Counted from the stretch's first letter, positions 38,185 through 48,847 are shown. The stretch: DNA of 64,000 nt from Candidatus Poriferihabitaceae bacterium (GCA_965203365.1 OZ241878.1:2054174-2118173); one strand, 5' to 3'. The notes: generated by a model from the letters alone, not told the origin. Program-made: numbers and translations.

Positions 38185-40641
38185 TCAGAACAGCGATTCG
38201 GAGATATCCCCGCTGTTGAGGACAGTGCTGCCCTCCCCGGCGCCTTTTCGCATCGGACGGACCGGGCCGGTGGGCTCGGTCCCGGCGAGAAAATATTCCT
38301 TCAGCCCATCGGGGTCGGCCGTGTCCGTGAGTTCGCCGGTTTCGCGATGGATGAAGCGGGTGATCACCTGCGCTGGGACGACCTCGGGCTGTTCCGGGAA
38401 ATCCGGCAAGACCCGGCCCATGAAATCCACCCAGATCGGAAGTGCGGCACTGGCCCCGGATTCCCTTCGTCCGAGATGTTTGGGCTCATCAAAGCCGATG
38501 TAGACTGTGGTCGTGACATCGGGTGAGAACCCGGAAAACCAGGCGTCGCGGAAGTTGTTGGTCGTGCCGGTCTTGCCGGCCAGATCGGTTCGGCCCAGCG
38601 TCAGAGCCTTGCGGCCGGTACCACTCAAGATGACCTGTTTCAGCATGTCCCGGATCAAAAAGGCATTTTGCGGAGTGATCACCTGAACGGGCTGCATCGG
38701 GCCGATGCTGGACATCGGGTCCATGGCCTGGGCGACCGTGACTTCGGCCTCATTGTCGGTGGGAAGAGTCGCCGGACAATCCTCACAGGTCGCTTCCTGC
38801 GCCGGAGGCAGGTCAATCAGCTGGCCATCGGCATCTTCCACCTTGGCCACAAAATAGGGCCGAACCAGCTTTCCGCCGTTGGCGAAGACGCTGTATCCCC
38901 GAGCGATTTCCAAGGGCGTCGCCGTCGTCGAGCCTAGAGAAAGGGACAGGCTACGGGGCAGTTTCTCCGTGTCGAATCCGAATCGGGACAAATGGTCGAT
39001 GGCCGTCTCAATGCCGACCGCACGCATCAGTCGGACCGAGACCAGATTCAGTGACAGGCTGAGCGCCTCTCGCAGACGGGTGGGACCAAAAAACTTCCGA
39101 CTGTAGTTTTCCGGTCTCCAGACACCCTCCATGTCGTCCTGAACGACGATGGGTGCCCCACTCACCAGACTGCCCGGAGTGAAGCCGTTTTCCAGGGCTG
39201 CCGAATAAATGAAGGGCTTGATATTGGAACCGGGCTGGCGTTCCGCCTGGGTGGCCCGATTGAACTTGCTCAGGTAGTAGTCGAAGCCACCGGTCAGGGC
39301 CAGGATGGCGCCGGTTTTCGGGTCCAGCGAAATCAGGGCCCCGGAGACGCGGGGCATCTGACTGAGTTGCCAGTGGCTGTCCTCGTCCGCCTTGACGTAG
39401 ATGACATCCCCGGGCTGGACCACCTCCGTGGCCGTGGTGGGTTCGGGTCCCTGGCGGTTGGCACTCCGGTAAGTCCTGGCCCATTTCATGGCCTTGAGCG
39501 GGACGGAAATCTCGGTTCCGTCGCGGTGGAGTGCCTCGAAGCCGTCGGCATGGACGGTCCGGACCAGAGCAGGCGACAGTTCCAGGCTGCGGGGGTAGCT
39601 GTAGAGTGCTTCCTCCATGTCGTCCTGGCTCATGCCAGCGATATCCAGGTGTCCGGCCGGCCCCCGGTAGCCGTGGCGTCGATCATAGTCCAGTAGCCCC
39701 TGGCGCAACGCCCGATTGGCGTCCGCCTGATATTGGCTGTGGATGGTCAACGTGACGTTGAGACCTCGGTCATATGCGAGGTGACCCAAACGCTCCACCA
39801 GTAGCTGGCGAGCCAACTCGGCCACATAGGGCGCCCGCACCTGGGCTTTCGTCGCATGTCGGGCGGCAGTGATCGGGGCTTTGCGGGCGGTGTCAAAACT
39901 CAGTCGGTCGATCTTGCCGAGATCGTATAGCCGCTGCAACACATGGTCCCGTCGGGCCTGTGCCCGGGCGGGATTGGAAATCGGATTGTCGCGCGAAGGG
40001 GCCCTGGGCAGGCCGGCCAACATGGCGATTTCGGGTACACTCAGTTCCTCAAGGCTCACGTCGTAATACATCTGTGCGGCGGCGGCGAATCCATAGGCGC
40101 GGTGGCCCAGGAATATCTTGTTCAGATACAACTCAAGAACCTCGTCCTTGGTCAGTGCTCGTTCCATGTTGAAGGCCAGCAGGATCTCCCGGAATTTCCG
40201 TTCGTAGGTTTTCTCCCGATTGAGAAAAAAGTTCCGAACCACCTGCATGGTAATGGTACTGGCCCCCTGACCGCGAGATTGACTGCGGATATTGCTGATC
40301 AGGGCCCGAACAATGCCCAGAAAATCGACACCGGTGTGGTGGTAAAAGCCATCATCCTCTGTAGCCAGAATGGCGTCAATTAGCAGCGGAGGAGCCTGAT
40401 CCAGGGTCACCGGGACCCGCCGCTCATTGCCATACTCTGCAATGAGCTGGCCGTCCGCACTGTAGATGCGGAGCGGAATGCTGAGTGGGACTTGTCGAAT
40501 TTCCTCCACGGTGGGCAATCCCGGCAACAGGGAGACGGCATACAATGCCAGCCCTAGGGTCATTGCACCGCCGAAGGCCACCCCGAACAAGACCAGCCTC
40601 AGACAAGCCCTAAGCAGCAGTTGGATGAGTTGGCGGACCAT
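38185..40641 (-). CDS. mrcA: Penicillin-binding protein 1A (bifunctional transglycosylase/transpeptidase)
   Basis: Transglycosylase motifs ATEDDGFYHHTGVD, GASTITMQ and RKFREI. Transpeptidase motifs SNIKP and KTGTTN. 818 aa with an N-terminal membrane anchor. Confidence 0.9.
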   Translation of the reverse strand: MVRQLIQLLLRACLRLVLFGVAFGGAMTLGLALYAVSLLPGLPTVEEIRQVPLSIPLRIYSADGQLIAEYGNERRVPVTLDQAPPLLIDAILATEDDGFYHHTGVDFLGIVRALISNIRSQSRGQGASTITMQVVRNFFLNREKTYERKFREILLAFNMERALTKDEVLELYLNKIFLGHRAYGFAAAAQMYYDVSLEELSVPEIAMLAGLPRAPSRDNPISNPARAQARRDHVLQRLYDLGKIDRLSFDTARKAPITAARHATKAQVRAPYVAELARQLLVERLGHLAYDRGLNVTLTIHSQYQADANRALRQGLLDYDRRHGYRGPAGHLDIAGMSQDDMEEALYSYPRSLELSPALVRTVHADGFEALHRDGTEISVPLKAMKWARTYRSANRQGPEPTTATEVVQPGDVIYVKADEDSHWQLSQMPRVSGALISLDPKTGAILALTGGFDYYLSKFNRATQAERQPGSNIKPFIYSAALENGFTPGSLVSGAPIVVQDDMEGVWRPENYSRKFFGPTRLREALSLSLNLVSVRLMRAVGIETAIDHLSRFGFDTEKLPRSLSLSLGSTTATPLEIARGYSVFANGGKLVRPYFVAKVEDADGQLIDLPPAQEATCEDCPATLPTDNEAEVTVAQAMDPMSSIGPMQPVQVITPQNAFLIRDMLKQVILSGTGRKALTLGRTDLAGKTGTTNNFRDAWFSGFSPDVTTTVYIGFDEPKHLGRRESGASAALPIWVDFMGRVLPDFPEQPEVVPAQVITRFIHRETGELTDTADPDGLKEYFLAGTEPTGPVRPMRKGAGEGSTVLNSGDISESLF

Positions 40642-41065
40642 CGTCTATTTTATGGGGGCAAGCACGGACATCAGGAATTCAGATGATTATATCGCGTTCC
40701 ATGATCAACTTAACGGGTTGGGCATCCCCCCGCCTCTCTTGATGAGGTGATGGAACCTCCATCAAGTCGCCTCCCTATCCAACCAAATGATCGTCAACCC
40801 AACCTCAATTGATTGAATTGTGGGCGATGTCCACACCGGCATGAACATTGCCGAGAACCAAACATCCTCAATCCGAGACGAAGCGAAATGGGCCAAACAG
40901 CGCGGCGAGTGTTGCACTCCAGACTGGCAGTGGGGTTTCTTCAATCTGACAAGACGAAAACGCAACCCTTGAAATAATGACCTCATATTTCCGAAACGGT
41001 TTGTCCTTGATCAACAGGTGTGACACTATCTCATTGGGCCCATTTTTCCGTGAAGACTCATCCCG

Positions 41066-41677
41066 TTGACCCATCAATCCAAAATTGTCAGCCGCTATCT
41101 GGCGGCCCATGCCCATGCCACCAAAGTGCAACTGGTCGGTCCGCTGGCTTCCTTGTCGACGGTGCTGACAGAGCCGATGATCTTCGTGGATGGCGGAGCC
41201 CGGCTTCGCGAACAGAGTGAAGGAGTGGCGGTGGGGGACGGGGATTCGTTTGATGGATTCCTGGACCACCGCCTGGACCCTGACAAGGATCTGTCCGATC
41301 TGGCCTATGTCTTGCGTCATATTGGCCGGGAGTTTGATGACATTGAACTGTGCGGGTTTCTTGGTGGACGACGGGATCATGAATTGTTCAACCTGGGCGA
41401 AGTGCATCATTTTCTGGATCAGCGTCATGTGCCAACCCGTGTCCTTTTTGATGAACAAGTGGTGGCGTACAGCCAAGGTCAATGGCAGTTCGAATCCGAT
41501 GGAATATTCAGTCTGGTGGTCTTTTCGCCTTGCCATGTGACCCTGAGTGGAGACTGCCGTTATCCTATCTGGCCGGACAATACAGTCCCTCCCCTGCGTT
41601 CCTTCGGATTGAGCAATGTCGGGCATGGAAAGATTGAATTGAAAACCGATGGGCCGGTATTCATCTTTCAGGGGTGA
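41066..41677 (+). CDS. Thiamine pyrophosphokinase-like protein
   Basis: VGDGDS, DKDLSDLAYVL and GFLGGRRDHELFNL correspond to the GDFDS / KD.TD...AL / G..GGR.DH TPK motifs. About 200 aa, like B. subtilis ThiN. Overlaps the track's aroE ORF start by 4 nt. Confidence 0.6.
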   Translation: MTHQSKIVSRYLAAHAHATKVQLVGPLASLSTVLTEPMIFVDGGARLREQSEGVAVGDGDSFDGFLDHRLDPDKDLSDLAYVLRHIGREFDDIELCGFLGGRRDHELFNLGEVHHFLDQRHVPTRVLFDEQVVAYSQGQWQFESDGIFSLVVFSPCHVTLSGDCRYPIWPDNTVPPLRSFGLSNVGHGKIELKTDGPVFIFQG

Positions 41678-41718
41678 TATCGCATGAATCCGGGTTCTCG
41701 CAAAAAGACAAAAGGTCG

Positions 41719-42579
41719 ATGAAAGATCTGTTCGATTTCAGGCCCCAGGTCCGGGAATTTGCTGTGATGGGCAATCCCATTGCCCACAGCCTGTCGCCAA
41801 CCATCCATGAACTGTTCGGCCAGCAACTGGGGATTGATCTGATCTATCGTCGCATTCAGGTGGATCCAGGGGGCTTCAATCAGGCGGTGAGTCACTTTCA
41901 GGCCCATGGGGGTGCAGGTCTGAACATCACGGTACCTTTCAAGGGAGAGGCGTGGAAGCTCTGTGCTTGGCTAGGGAATCGACTCTCGGAGCGGGCGGCC
42001 GTCGCCGAATCAGTCAATACCGTGAAGTTTCTGGACGATGCGAGTATCGAGGGAGACAACACCGACGGCATGGGGATCGTGCGGGACATTGAAACCAATC
42101 TGGGTTTTGCAATCCGCCACCGACGCATCCTGATGGTGGGGGCTGGCGGGGCTGTCCGTGGGATACTGGGTCCGATCCTGGGATGTCTGCCGTCGTCAGT
42201 GCATATCGTCAATCGAACCGCTTCCAGCGCCCAGTCCCTGGTCGATCGGTTCCGGAGGTTGGGCGGGGCCGAGGTGACTGGTGGCGCACTTCAGTATACT
42301 CGTGGCCCCTATGATCTGTTGATCAACGGGACGTCCGCCGGTCTTGATGATGATTTGCCAGGCATCGATCCGGGGTGTATCGGTGCGGATACTCTGGCCT
42401 ACGACCTGATGTATGGGGCAAAATCCACCCGATTCATGCAATGGGCGCTCGAACATGGGGCCGCTCAGGCCAGTGATGGTCTTGGCATGCTGGTGGAACA
42501 GGCGGCCGAATCATTCTACATCTGGCATGGCACCCAACCTCAGACGACACCGGTGATCGACCAGTTACGAAAGATTTGA
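41719..42579 (+). CDS. aroE: Shikimate dehydrogenase
   Basis: FAVMGNPIAHSLSPTIHE, LNITVPFK, NTDG and GAGGA (NADP site). The start is chosen at the ATG at 41719; the track ORF opens at 41674. Confidence 0.9.
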   Translation: MKDLFDFRPQVREFAVMGNPIAHSLSPTIHELFGQQLGIDLIYRRIQVDPGGFNQAVSHFQAHGGAGLNITVPFKGEAWKLCAWLGNRLSERAAVAESVNTVKFLDDASIEGDNTDGMGIVRDIETNLGFAIRHRRILMVGAGGAVRGILGPILGCLPSSVHIVNRTASSAQSLVDRFRRLGGAEVTGGALQYTRGPYDLLINGTSAGLDDDLPGIDPGCIGADTLAYDLMYGAKSTRFMQWALEHGAAQASDGLGMLVEQAAESFYIWHGTQPQTTPVIDQLRKI

Positions 42580-42595
42580 TCCCCATGGACACCTA

Positions 42596-43501
42596 ATGAA
42601 AGAACGCCTTGACAACGCCCTGATCATCGGGATTTCCTCCCGGGCCCTGTTTGACCTGCAAGCAAGCCACCGAGTGTATGAAGAACAGGGGATTGATGCG
42701 TATTGCCAGTATCAGATCGAACAAGAAACCGTTCCTCTGGCTCCGGGGGTTGCCTACCCCCTGGTGAAGAAGCTCTTGGCTCTCAACACCGTTTCGGACC
42801 CAGATCCAGGTCGGTTGGTGGAGATTGTCCTGATATCACGCAACAGTGCCGACACCGGCCTAAGAGTCTTCAATTCCATTGAGCATCATGGACTGTCCAT
42901 CTGTCGAGCGGCCTTTACCGGTGGCGAGTCGCCTTGGCACTATCTTGAACCCTTTGGGGCTGCACTGTTCCTGTCCGTCGACGCCGGGGATGTGCGTCGC
43001 GCCTTGGAGCTGGGCATCGCCGCCGCCATGATCCTGCCATCCCACGAGAGGAACCGTGACAATGAGCGCCTGAAAATCGCATTCGATGGTGACGCCGTGC
43101 TGTTTTCCGACGACGCCAACCAGATCTATCACCATCAGGGTCTGCAAGCCTTCGAGAAAATGGAAAAAAATGCGGCCAATGAACCTTTGCCCGGAGGCCC
43201 GTTCAAGCCGGTCCTGGCCGCATTGCACCGCATTCAGGAAATTTATGGTCCCGACGAGTCGCCGATCCGCACCGCATTGATCACCTCCCGAGGGGCTCCG
43301 GCTCACGAACGCGTGATTCGGACCCTGCGGGCCTGGAACGTTCGGATTGATGAAAGCTACTTTCTCGGCGGTATGGACAAAGGCGAATTCCTGCGCAATT
43401 TCGGCGCAGACATATTTTTCGATGACCACAAAGGGCACTGCGATTCCGCGCGTCGATTTGTCCCGACTGCTCATGTGCTGCATGGCCTGTCAAATGGCTG
43501 A
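42596..43501 (+). CDS. 5'-nucleotidase family protein (PF06189-type)
   Basis: IGISSRALFDL, ISRNSADTGLRVFNSIEHHGL, IAFDGDAVLFSD, ITSRGAPAHERVIRTLRAW and IFFDD match my memory of this family. Confidence 0.7.
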   Translation: MKERLDNALIIGISSRALFDLQASHRVYEEQGIDAYCQYQIEQETVPLAPGVAYPLVKKLLALNTVSDPDPGRLVEIVLISRNSADTGLRVFNSIEHHGLSICRAAFTGGESPWHYLEPFGAALFLSVDAGDVRRALELGIAAAMILPSHERNRDNERLKIAFDGDAVLFSDDANQIYHHQGLQAFEKMEKNAANEPLPGGPFKPVLAALHRIQEIYGPDESPIRTALITSRGAPAHERVIRTLRAWNVRIDESYFLGGMDKGEFLRNFGADIFFDDHKGHCDSARRFVPTAHVLHGLSNG

Positions 43502-43510
43502 AATCCGGGA

Positions 43511-44764
43511 TCAGGGTAGCAGGCTTTCTCCCCGGTACAGGTCGGCCAGCGATTCCCGTTCTCGAATCAGGTGGCATTGGCTCCCATCCACCATCACCTC
43601 AGCCGGTCGGGGTCTGGCGTTGTAGTTCGAGGCCATGACCATGCTGTAGGCTCCGGTGGTCCGTACGGCGAGCAGATCCCCTGGTGTGACTCGAAGCGAG
43701 CGGTCAGTGCCCAGAAAATCGCCACTCTCACAGACCGGTCCCACGATGTCGAACACTTCCGGTTCCCAGTCGGTGTGCTGAAACACGGGGACGATGGACT
43801 GGTAGGCTTGATACAGGGCGGGTCGAATCAGATCGTTCATGCCTGCGTCGACGATACAGAACTTTCTGGCACGGGTGGACTTCAGAAAATTCACCCGAGT
43901 CAACAAAATGCCGGCGTTGGCGACAATGGCCCGCCCAGGTTCAATCATGATCGGAAGGGCGATGTCACGTGCCGCCAGTTGTCGGGCCAGTCCAGACCAG
44001 TACTGGGCCGGACTGGGCGGGGTTTCCTGATGATAGCGCACCCCCAGACCGCCCCCGAAGTCAATGTGGTCCACGGCGATTCCCGCACGGGTCAGGGTCT
44101 CAATGAAATCCAGCACCTTGCCCAGAGCATCGACATACGGTTCCAGAGCGGTCAATTGGGAGCCAATATGGCAGGCCACCCCACTGACCCGCACATGGGG
44201 GTCGGCGGCGGCCTGACGGTAGACCGATAGGGCAGTGGACACCGGCAGGCCGAATTTGTTCTGGTGCAGCCCGGTGGAGATATAGGGGTGGGTTTTCGCA
44301 TCCACGTCCGGGTTGATTCGGATGGAAACCGAGGCGGTCTGGCCCAAATGTCGGGCGACGTTTGACAGGGTTTCGAGTTCGCCTTCCGACTCGATATTGA
44401 AGCAGCGCACACCGGACTGAAGCGCATATTCCATCTCCCAGACCTGTTTGCAGACTCCAGAAAAAACGGTTTTGGCCGGGTCGCCCCCGGCCTCCATGAC
44501 CCGTTGAAGCTCTCCCCCAGAGACAATGTCAAAGCCAGAGCCCAGTCTAGCGAGCAGATTGAGAATCGCCAGACTACCATTGGCCTTGACCGCATAGCAC
44601 ACGAGATGCGGATACGTGCCCATCGCGTCATCAAAGGCGTGCCAATGCCGCTCCAAGGTCGCCCTGGAGTACACGTAGCAAGGCGTACCATACTGCTCCG
44701 CAATCCGTTGGAGTGGCATGTCCTCGGCAAATAGCTCACCGGATTGGTATTGAAAATAATCCAT
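43511..44764 (-). CDS. lysA: Diaminopimelate decarboxylase
   Basis: YAVKAN (PLP lysine), GGGLG, CESGD and EPGR motifs. The ATG at 44764 is preferred to the GTG at 44767. Confidence 0.92.
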   Translation of the reverse strand: MDYFQYQSGELFAEDMPLQRIAEQYGTPCYVYSRATLERHWHAFDDAMGTYPHLVCYAVKANGSLAILNLLARLGSGFDIVSGGELQRVMEAGGDPAKTVFSGVCKQVWEMEYALQSGVRCFNIESEGELETLSNVARHLGQTASVSIRINPDVDAKTHPYISTGLHQNKFGLPVSTALSVYRQAAADPHVRVSGVACHIGSQLTALEPYVDALGKVLDFIETLTRAGIAVDHIDFGGGLGVRYHQETPPSPAQYWSGLARQLAARDIALPIMIEPGRAIVANAGILLTRVNFLKSTRARKFCIVDAGMNDLIRPALYQAYQSIVPVFQHTDWEPEVFDIVGPVCESGDFLGTDRSLRVTPGDLLAVRTTGAYSMVMASNYNARPRPAEVMVDGSQCHLIRERESLADLYRGESLLP

Positions 44765-44997
44765 CACATAAAAGGGTGGTGGGCGCTTTTATCAGGCCGC
44801 TTTTTGCGGGGCATCGGGCCAGTGTCCATCCGGGGGGTCGTTGGGTCAAATGCGCCGGTTTTTTCCGTGATGTCACCGGACGAATCCCCCCATGGCGTCA
44901 GGATGATCCGCAACTCGGCCATGATGTCTTGAAACAGGTCGGTTTCCGGGTCGACAGGGTGTTCCCGGTAGCCTTCGGGTCGGTCCTTCCAGTTCAA
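44764..44997 (-). CDS. Hypothetical 77-aa ORF between lptM and lysA
   Basis: It fills the lptM-lysA gap exactly. Its TGA overlaps the lysA ATG (TGATG). No recognisable motif. Confidence 0.3.
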   Translation of the reverse strand: MNWKDRPEGYREHPVDPETDLFQDIMAELRIILTPWGDSSGDITEKTGAFDPTTPRMDTGPMPRKKRPDKSAHHPFM

Positions 44998-45025
44998 GGG
45001 ATGCGGAGCATGCTGTCGGGATTAG

Positions 45026-45184
45026 TCACAGAAGTTCCCCGTCTTCTTTTTTATGTGGGGTCTCCCGCTCATCGGGTACGCTGGAGACGGCCGTCGAGGG
45101 ATCGTCCGGTCGGTACAAGGGGCCTTTTTGTCCGCAGGCGGTCACGAAAAGCAACACGAGAAGCAATAGGCTGTTCAGGGGCAT
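45026..45184 (-). CDS. lptM: Small lipoprotein LptM (YifL)
   Basis: From the ATG at 45184: MPLNSLLLLVLLFVTACGQKGPLYRP. The lipobox followed by GQKGPLY is the family hallmark, and the position upstream of lysA is conserved. Confidence 0.8.
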   Translation of the reverse strand: MPLNSLLLLVLLFVTACGQKGPLYRPDDPSTAVSSVPDERETPHKKEDGELL

Positions 45185-45253
45185 GGGGGGGAGAAGGGGG
45201 ATATTGCCTCGGTCTGTCGTGCATTTCAAGGCGGTTGCAAGGGATGGTCAGGC

Positions 45254-46651
45254 TCAGTTCGTCCGACGATTCAGTCGTTGGATCGCCTTGTCCGCGGCGA
45301 TTTTGACCTGTCTGGGAGCAGTTCCGCCGATATGGTCTTTGGCGGCGACGGACCCTTCCAAGGTCAGTGCCTCATAAACATCTTCCTCGATGACCGGGCA
45401 GAATCGTTGCAACACCGTCAACGCCACTTGGGCCAGAGAGGCCCGTTCCTGATCGGCATGGGCGACCACCTGTCCCACGATCCGGTGGGCGTCACGAAAT
45501 GGAACCCCCTTGCCCACCAGATAATCGGCCAGGTCCGTCGCGGTGGAGTATCCCCGGGAGGCAGCCCGGTACAGGGCCTCGCGGTGGAATTGGATCTGCG
45601 ACAACATGGCCGAGAACACGCGCAGGCTGCTGTCGACCGTATCCAGGGAATCAAACAAGGGTTCCTTATCTTCCTGATTATCCCGATTGTAAGCCAAGGG
45701 CTGTCCTTTCATGAGCATCAGCAGGGACATCAGGTTGCCGGTGAGGCGAGCGCTCTTGCCCCGGGTGAGTTCCGCCACATCGGGATTCTTCTTTTGGGGC
45801 ATGATGCTGGAACCGGTGCAAAAGGCCTCCCCCAGGTCCACGAAACCGAATCCTTCTCCGGACCACAGGACCAACTCTTCAGAGAACCGTGACAGATGGA
45901 CCATGAGCAAGGCTGCCACCGCATGAAACTCGATAATGAAATCCCGATCGGACACGGCATCCAGACTGTTGCTGGCCACGGCGTCGAATCCCAGTTCGTC
46001 AGCGGTCATCCGTCGGTCGATGGGGTAGCGCGTGCCCGCCAGTGCCGCGGCGCCGAGAGGGGAGACATTGACTCGTCGTCGACAGTCGAGCAATCGGGCA
46101 TAATCCCGTTCCAACATCTCGTTCCAAGCCAAAAGATGATGCCCCAGGGTGACTGGTTGGGCACTTTGCAGATGGGTGTATCCGGGCATGATGGTGTTGG
46201 CTTCCTGGCCCGCGCGGTCCACCAGGATCCGTTGCAGTTCGGTGAGGATGTCTGCCAGACGGTCAATCCCGTCACGCAGAAAAAGGCGCATGTCGGTGGC
46301 CACCTGATCATTCCGTGAACGGCCCGTATGTAGCCGTTTGCCCGCCTCGCCGATGCGTTCGGTCAGGGCCGCCTCAATATTCATGTGGACATCTTCCCGT
46401 GCTTTCGACCACGGGAAATCGCCTTTTTCAATGGCTCCCTGGATCTCGATCAGGCCGCTTTCAATCTGCTGAAAGTCCGTTGGGGACAGGACGCCGATGG
46501 ACTGGAGCATCCGCGCATGGGCAATGGACCCCCGAATGTCTTGGCGATACAGTCGCCAGTCAAAGGAAACGGACTCGGAGTAGGATTCCATCAAGGCATC
46601 CGTGTTCTCACGAAAACGGCCGCCCCAGAGCTTTTTCTGGTCGGTACTCAT
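45254..46651 (-). CDS. argH: Argininosuccinate lyase
   Basis: [15 protein letters not shown] and [12 protein letters not shown] signature motifs. 465 aa. Confidence 0.95.
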   Translation of the reverse strand: MSTDQKKLWGGRFRENTDALMESYSESVSFDWRLYRQDIRGSIAHARMLQSIGVLSPTDFQQIESGLIEIQGAIEKGDFPWSKAREDVHMNIEAALTERIGEAGKRLHTGRSRNDQVATDMRLFLRDGIDRLADILTELQRILVDRAGQEANTIMPGYTHLQSAQPVTLGHHLLAWNEMLERDYARLLDCRRRVNVSPLGAAALAGTRYPIDRRMTADELGFDAVASNSLDAVSDRDFIIEFHAVAALLMVHLSRFSEELVLWSGEGFGFVDLGEAFCTGSSIMPQKKNPDVAELTRGKSARLTGNLMSLLMLMKGQPLAYNRDNQEDKEPLFDSLDTVDSSLRVFSAMLSQIQFHREALYRAASRGYSTATDLADYLVGKGVPFRDAHRIVGQVVAHADQERASLAQVALTVLQRFCPVIEEDVYEALTLEGSVAAKDHIGGTAPRQVKIAADKAIQRLNRRTN

Positions 46652-46815
46652 CAGCGGTGGGTTGGATTGGTCTGCATGAAGGCCTCGATATCGAATGATG
46701 GGTCAGTTCGTTGCGGGCCATCTCCGCTCAAGCCGGGCTTGTCACTATCGCCCCAGAGCGAGCCCCCGGTGTGGATCTGACCGTCATTATAGCGCCATTG
46801 CAAGGGACCGAAAAA

Positions 46816-47874
46816 TCATGTGCCAGCGGTGGACCTCTCGGCTAGTTCAAACAAGGGCTGCAACGCATCGGCCAGGCGGGACAGCGCCTCGTCGTCTATC
46901 CGGGAACCCGTCCCGGCCATGTTCTCCAGGGCTCGGTGGCGGGAATAGGGTCCCTTGCCCAACTGCTTGGCGACCTCCCGGGCCCCCGGGGGGTGATTGC
47001 AAACCAACACCATGTCGCAGCCAGCGGCGAGGGCCAACCGGGCTCTGTGGGCGGGAGAGGGCACCGTGGCCGCTCCTTGCATCGAAAGGTCGTCGCTGAA
47101 CACGACTCCCTGGAAACCAATCTGTCGTCGCAGGACATCGCGAATCCAGTACCCGGAATAAGTCGGCAGCCGTTCATCCACGGACGGGAACTGCACATGC
47201 GCGGTCATGACCCCCCCCAGCCATGGGCACAACGACTGATAGGGGCGCAAATCCTTTTGCCACAGTTCTTCGATTGACCGGGGATCCACGGGGGTTTCCC
47301 GGTGGGAGTCTTCGCAAACCCCGCCATGGCCTGGAAAATGTTTCCCCGTGGCCGACATTCCGCTGCTCGACATGCCCCGAATGTAGTCGGTCGCCAGTTC
47401 GATGACAACCTGGGCCTCGTAGTGGATGGCCCGGTTGCCGATGACATCCGTACCGGAGCCGGGTCGGGGGATGTCCAGCACGGGAGCGAAGCTGAAATCC
47501 ACGTCCACTCGGCGCAATTCGGCCGCCATCAAACGACCAGCGGCCCAAGCCAGTTGTCTGGCCCGATGGGGGTCCACCTCATACAGCCGCCCGAGGGTAT
47601 GCAGGGACGGGAGGGGATGGAAGTCTTCCCGAAACCGCTGCACCCGTCCCCCCTCCTGATCGACCGCGACCAGCAAGGGGGGAGAGCGCAGGGACTTGAT
47701 CTCACGGATCAGGTCGACGACCTGCTGGGGGGAGGTATAGTTTCGGCGAAACAGAATCACCGCCCCGATGGCCGGATGACGGAGAAATCGCCTTTCCTCC
47801 CCCGTCAGGGCCAGCCCACTCACATCGGCCATGAGCGGACCCAGGGGGCGCACCACCGAAGAAGTGCACATCAT
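46816..47874 (-). CDS. nagZ: Beta-N-acetylhexosaminidase (GH3)
   Basis: AVDQEGGRVQRF, KHFPGHG and VMTAHV motifs. About 350 aa. Confidence 0.9.
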   Translation of the reverse strand: MMCTSSVVRPLGPLMADVSGLALTGEERRFLRHPAIGAVILFRRNYTSPQQVVDLIREIKSLRSPPLLVAVDQEGGRVQRFREDFHPLPSLHTLGRLYEVDPHRARQLAWAAGRLMAAELRRVDVDFSFAPVLDIPRPGSGTDVIGNRAIHYEAQVVIELATDYIRGMSSSGMSATGKHFPGHGGVCEDSHRETPVDPRSIEELWQKDLRPYQSLCPWLGGVMTAHVQFPSVDERLPTYSGYWIRDVLRRQIGFQGVVFSDDLSMQGAATVPSPAHRARLALAAGCDMVLVCNHPPGAREVAKQLGKGPYSRHRALENMAGTGSRIDDEALSRLADALQPLFELAERSTAGT

Positions 47875-47877
47875 GAA

Positions 47878-48363
47878 TCAGGCTTGGATCATCACGAGGG
47901 TTCCAACTGGCACTTGCTCAAACAGCTCGATGATGTCCCGGTTGCGCATACGGATACAGCCATGGGAACCGGGGCGGCCCATGGGCACATCGTCCGGCGT
48001 GCCATGAATGTAGATGTAGCGGCGCATGGTATCGACCTCCCCGAGTCGGTTGAAGCCCGGTTCGGCGCCACTCAACCAGAGAATTCTTGTCAGAATCCAG
48101 TCCCGTTGGGGGAAAGACTCGCGCAGTTCCGGCCGGAACAATTCTCCCGTGGGGCGTCGGGCCACGAATACGGTGTTGGCGGCCGCCCCCTCACCGATAC
48201 GCGCCCGCACGACATGCCGACCCCGTGGGGTGCGATGACTGCCGCGCCGTTCTCCCGCCCCATTGGCGGCGGTGGAGACCGGAAATTCCCGGATTCGGCC
48301 GGATGGCACGGTGAAGCGAAGTCTCTGCGTCGGAAGGTCGATATGGAGGCTAGGCGTGTTCAT
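47878..48363 (-). CDS. L,D-transpeptidase (YkuD domain)
   Basis: IHGTPDDVPMGRPGSHGCIRMRNRDIIELF contains the catalytic H..SHGC.R motif. Confidence 0.85.
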   Translation of the reverse strand: MNTPSLHIDLPTQRLRFTVPSGRIREFPVSTAANGAGERRGSHRTPRGRHVVRARIGEGAAANTVFVARRPTGELFRPELRESFPQRDWILTRILWLSGAEPGFNRLGEVDTMRRYIYIHGTPDDVPMGRPGSHGCIRMRNRDIIELFEQVPVGTLVMIQA

Positions 48364-48836
48364 GCCGCCTGAAACAGGTGATCAATGAGTCCGTCGCTAG
48401 CGGCCTCAATCAAATCGATCACGCGATCAAATCCATGGGTATCGCCGTAGTAGGGATCGGGAACCACATCCAGCCCATCGACATCCGTGAATTCCATGAA
48501 CAGCCGCACCTTGTGGGCCAGCTCGACGCCAGCCAGTCGGGTCAGTTCCCGATGATTTTCGTGGTCCATGGCGATGATATAGTCGAAGGATTGGAGATCA
48601 TCGAGTTGCACTTGGCGGGCGCGGATCATGGAAATATCGAACCCCCGCCCGGCGGCCGCCACTTGGGCCCGATGGTCCGGGGGATGGCCGATATGCCAAG
48701 TGCCAAGACCAGCCGAGTCCACAATGCAATGTTCGCCGAGGCCACGAACAGACAGGCGATGACGAAACACGCCCTCCGCGGTGGGGGAGCGGCAGATGTT
48801 GCCGAGGCAAACGAACAAGATGTGGATTGGGGTCAT
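48360..48836 (-). CDS. Low-molecular-weight protein-tyrosine phosphatase
   Basis: ILFVCLGNICRSPTAEG (CX5R(S/T) P-loop) and a DPYY-type DP loop. 158 aa. Confidence 0.9.
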   Translation of the reverse strand: MTPIHILFVCLGNICRSPTAEGVFRHRLSVRGLGEHCIVDSAGLGTWHIGHPPDHRAQVAAAGRGFDISMIRARQVQLDDLQSFDYIIAMDHENHRELTRLAGVELAHKVRLFMEFTDVDGLDVVPDPYYGDTHGFDRVIDLIEAASDGLIDHLFQAA

Positions 48837-48847
48837 GACACGAATGG

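Noticed and set aside
40868-41626. 252-aa minus-strand ORF opposite the TPK-like gene
   Set aside because: The plus-strand frame carries the three TPK motifs and overlaps the aroE ORF start. The minus-strand product has no recognisable features.
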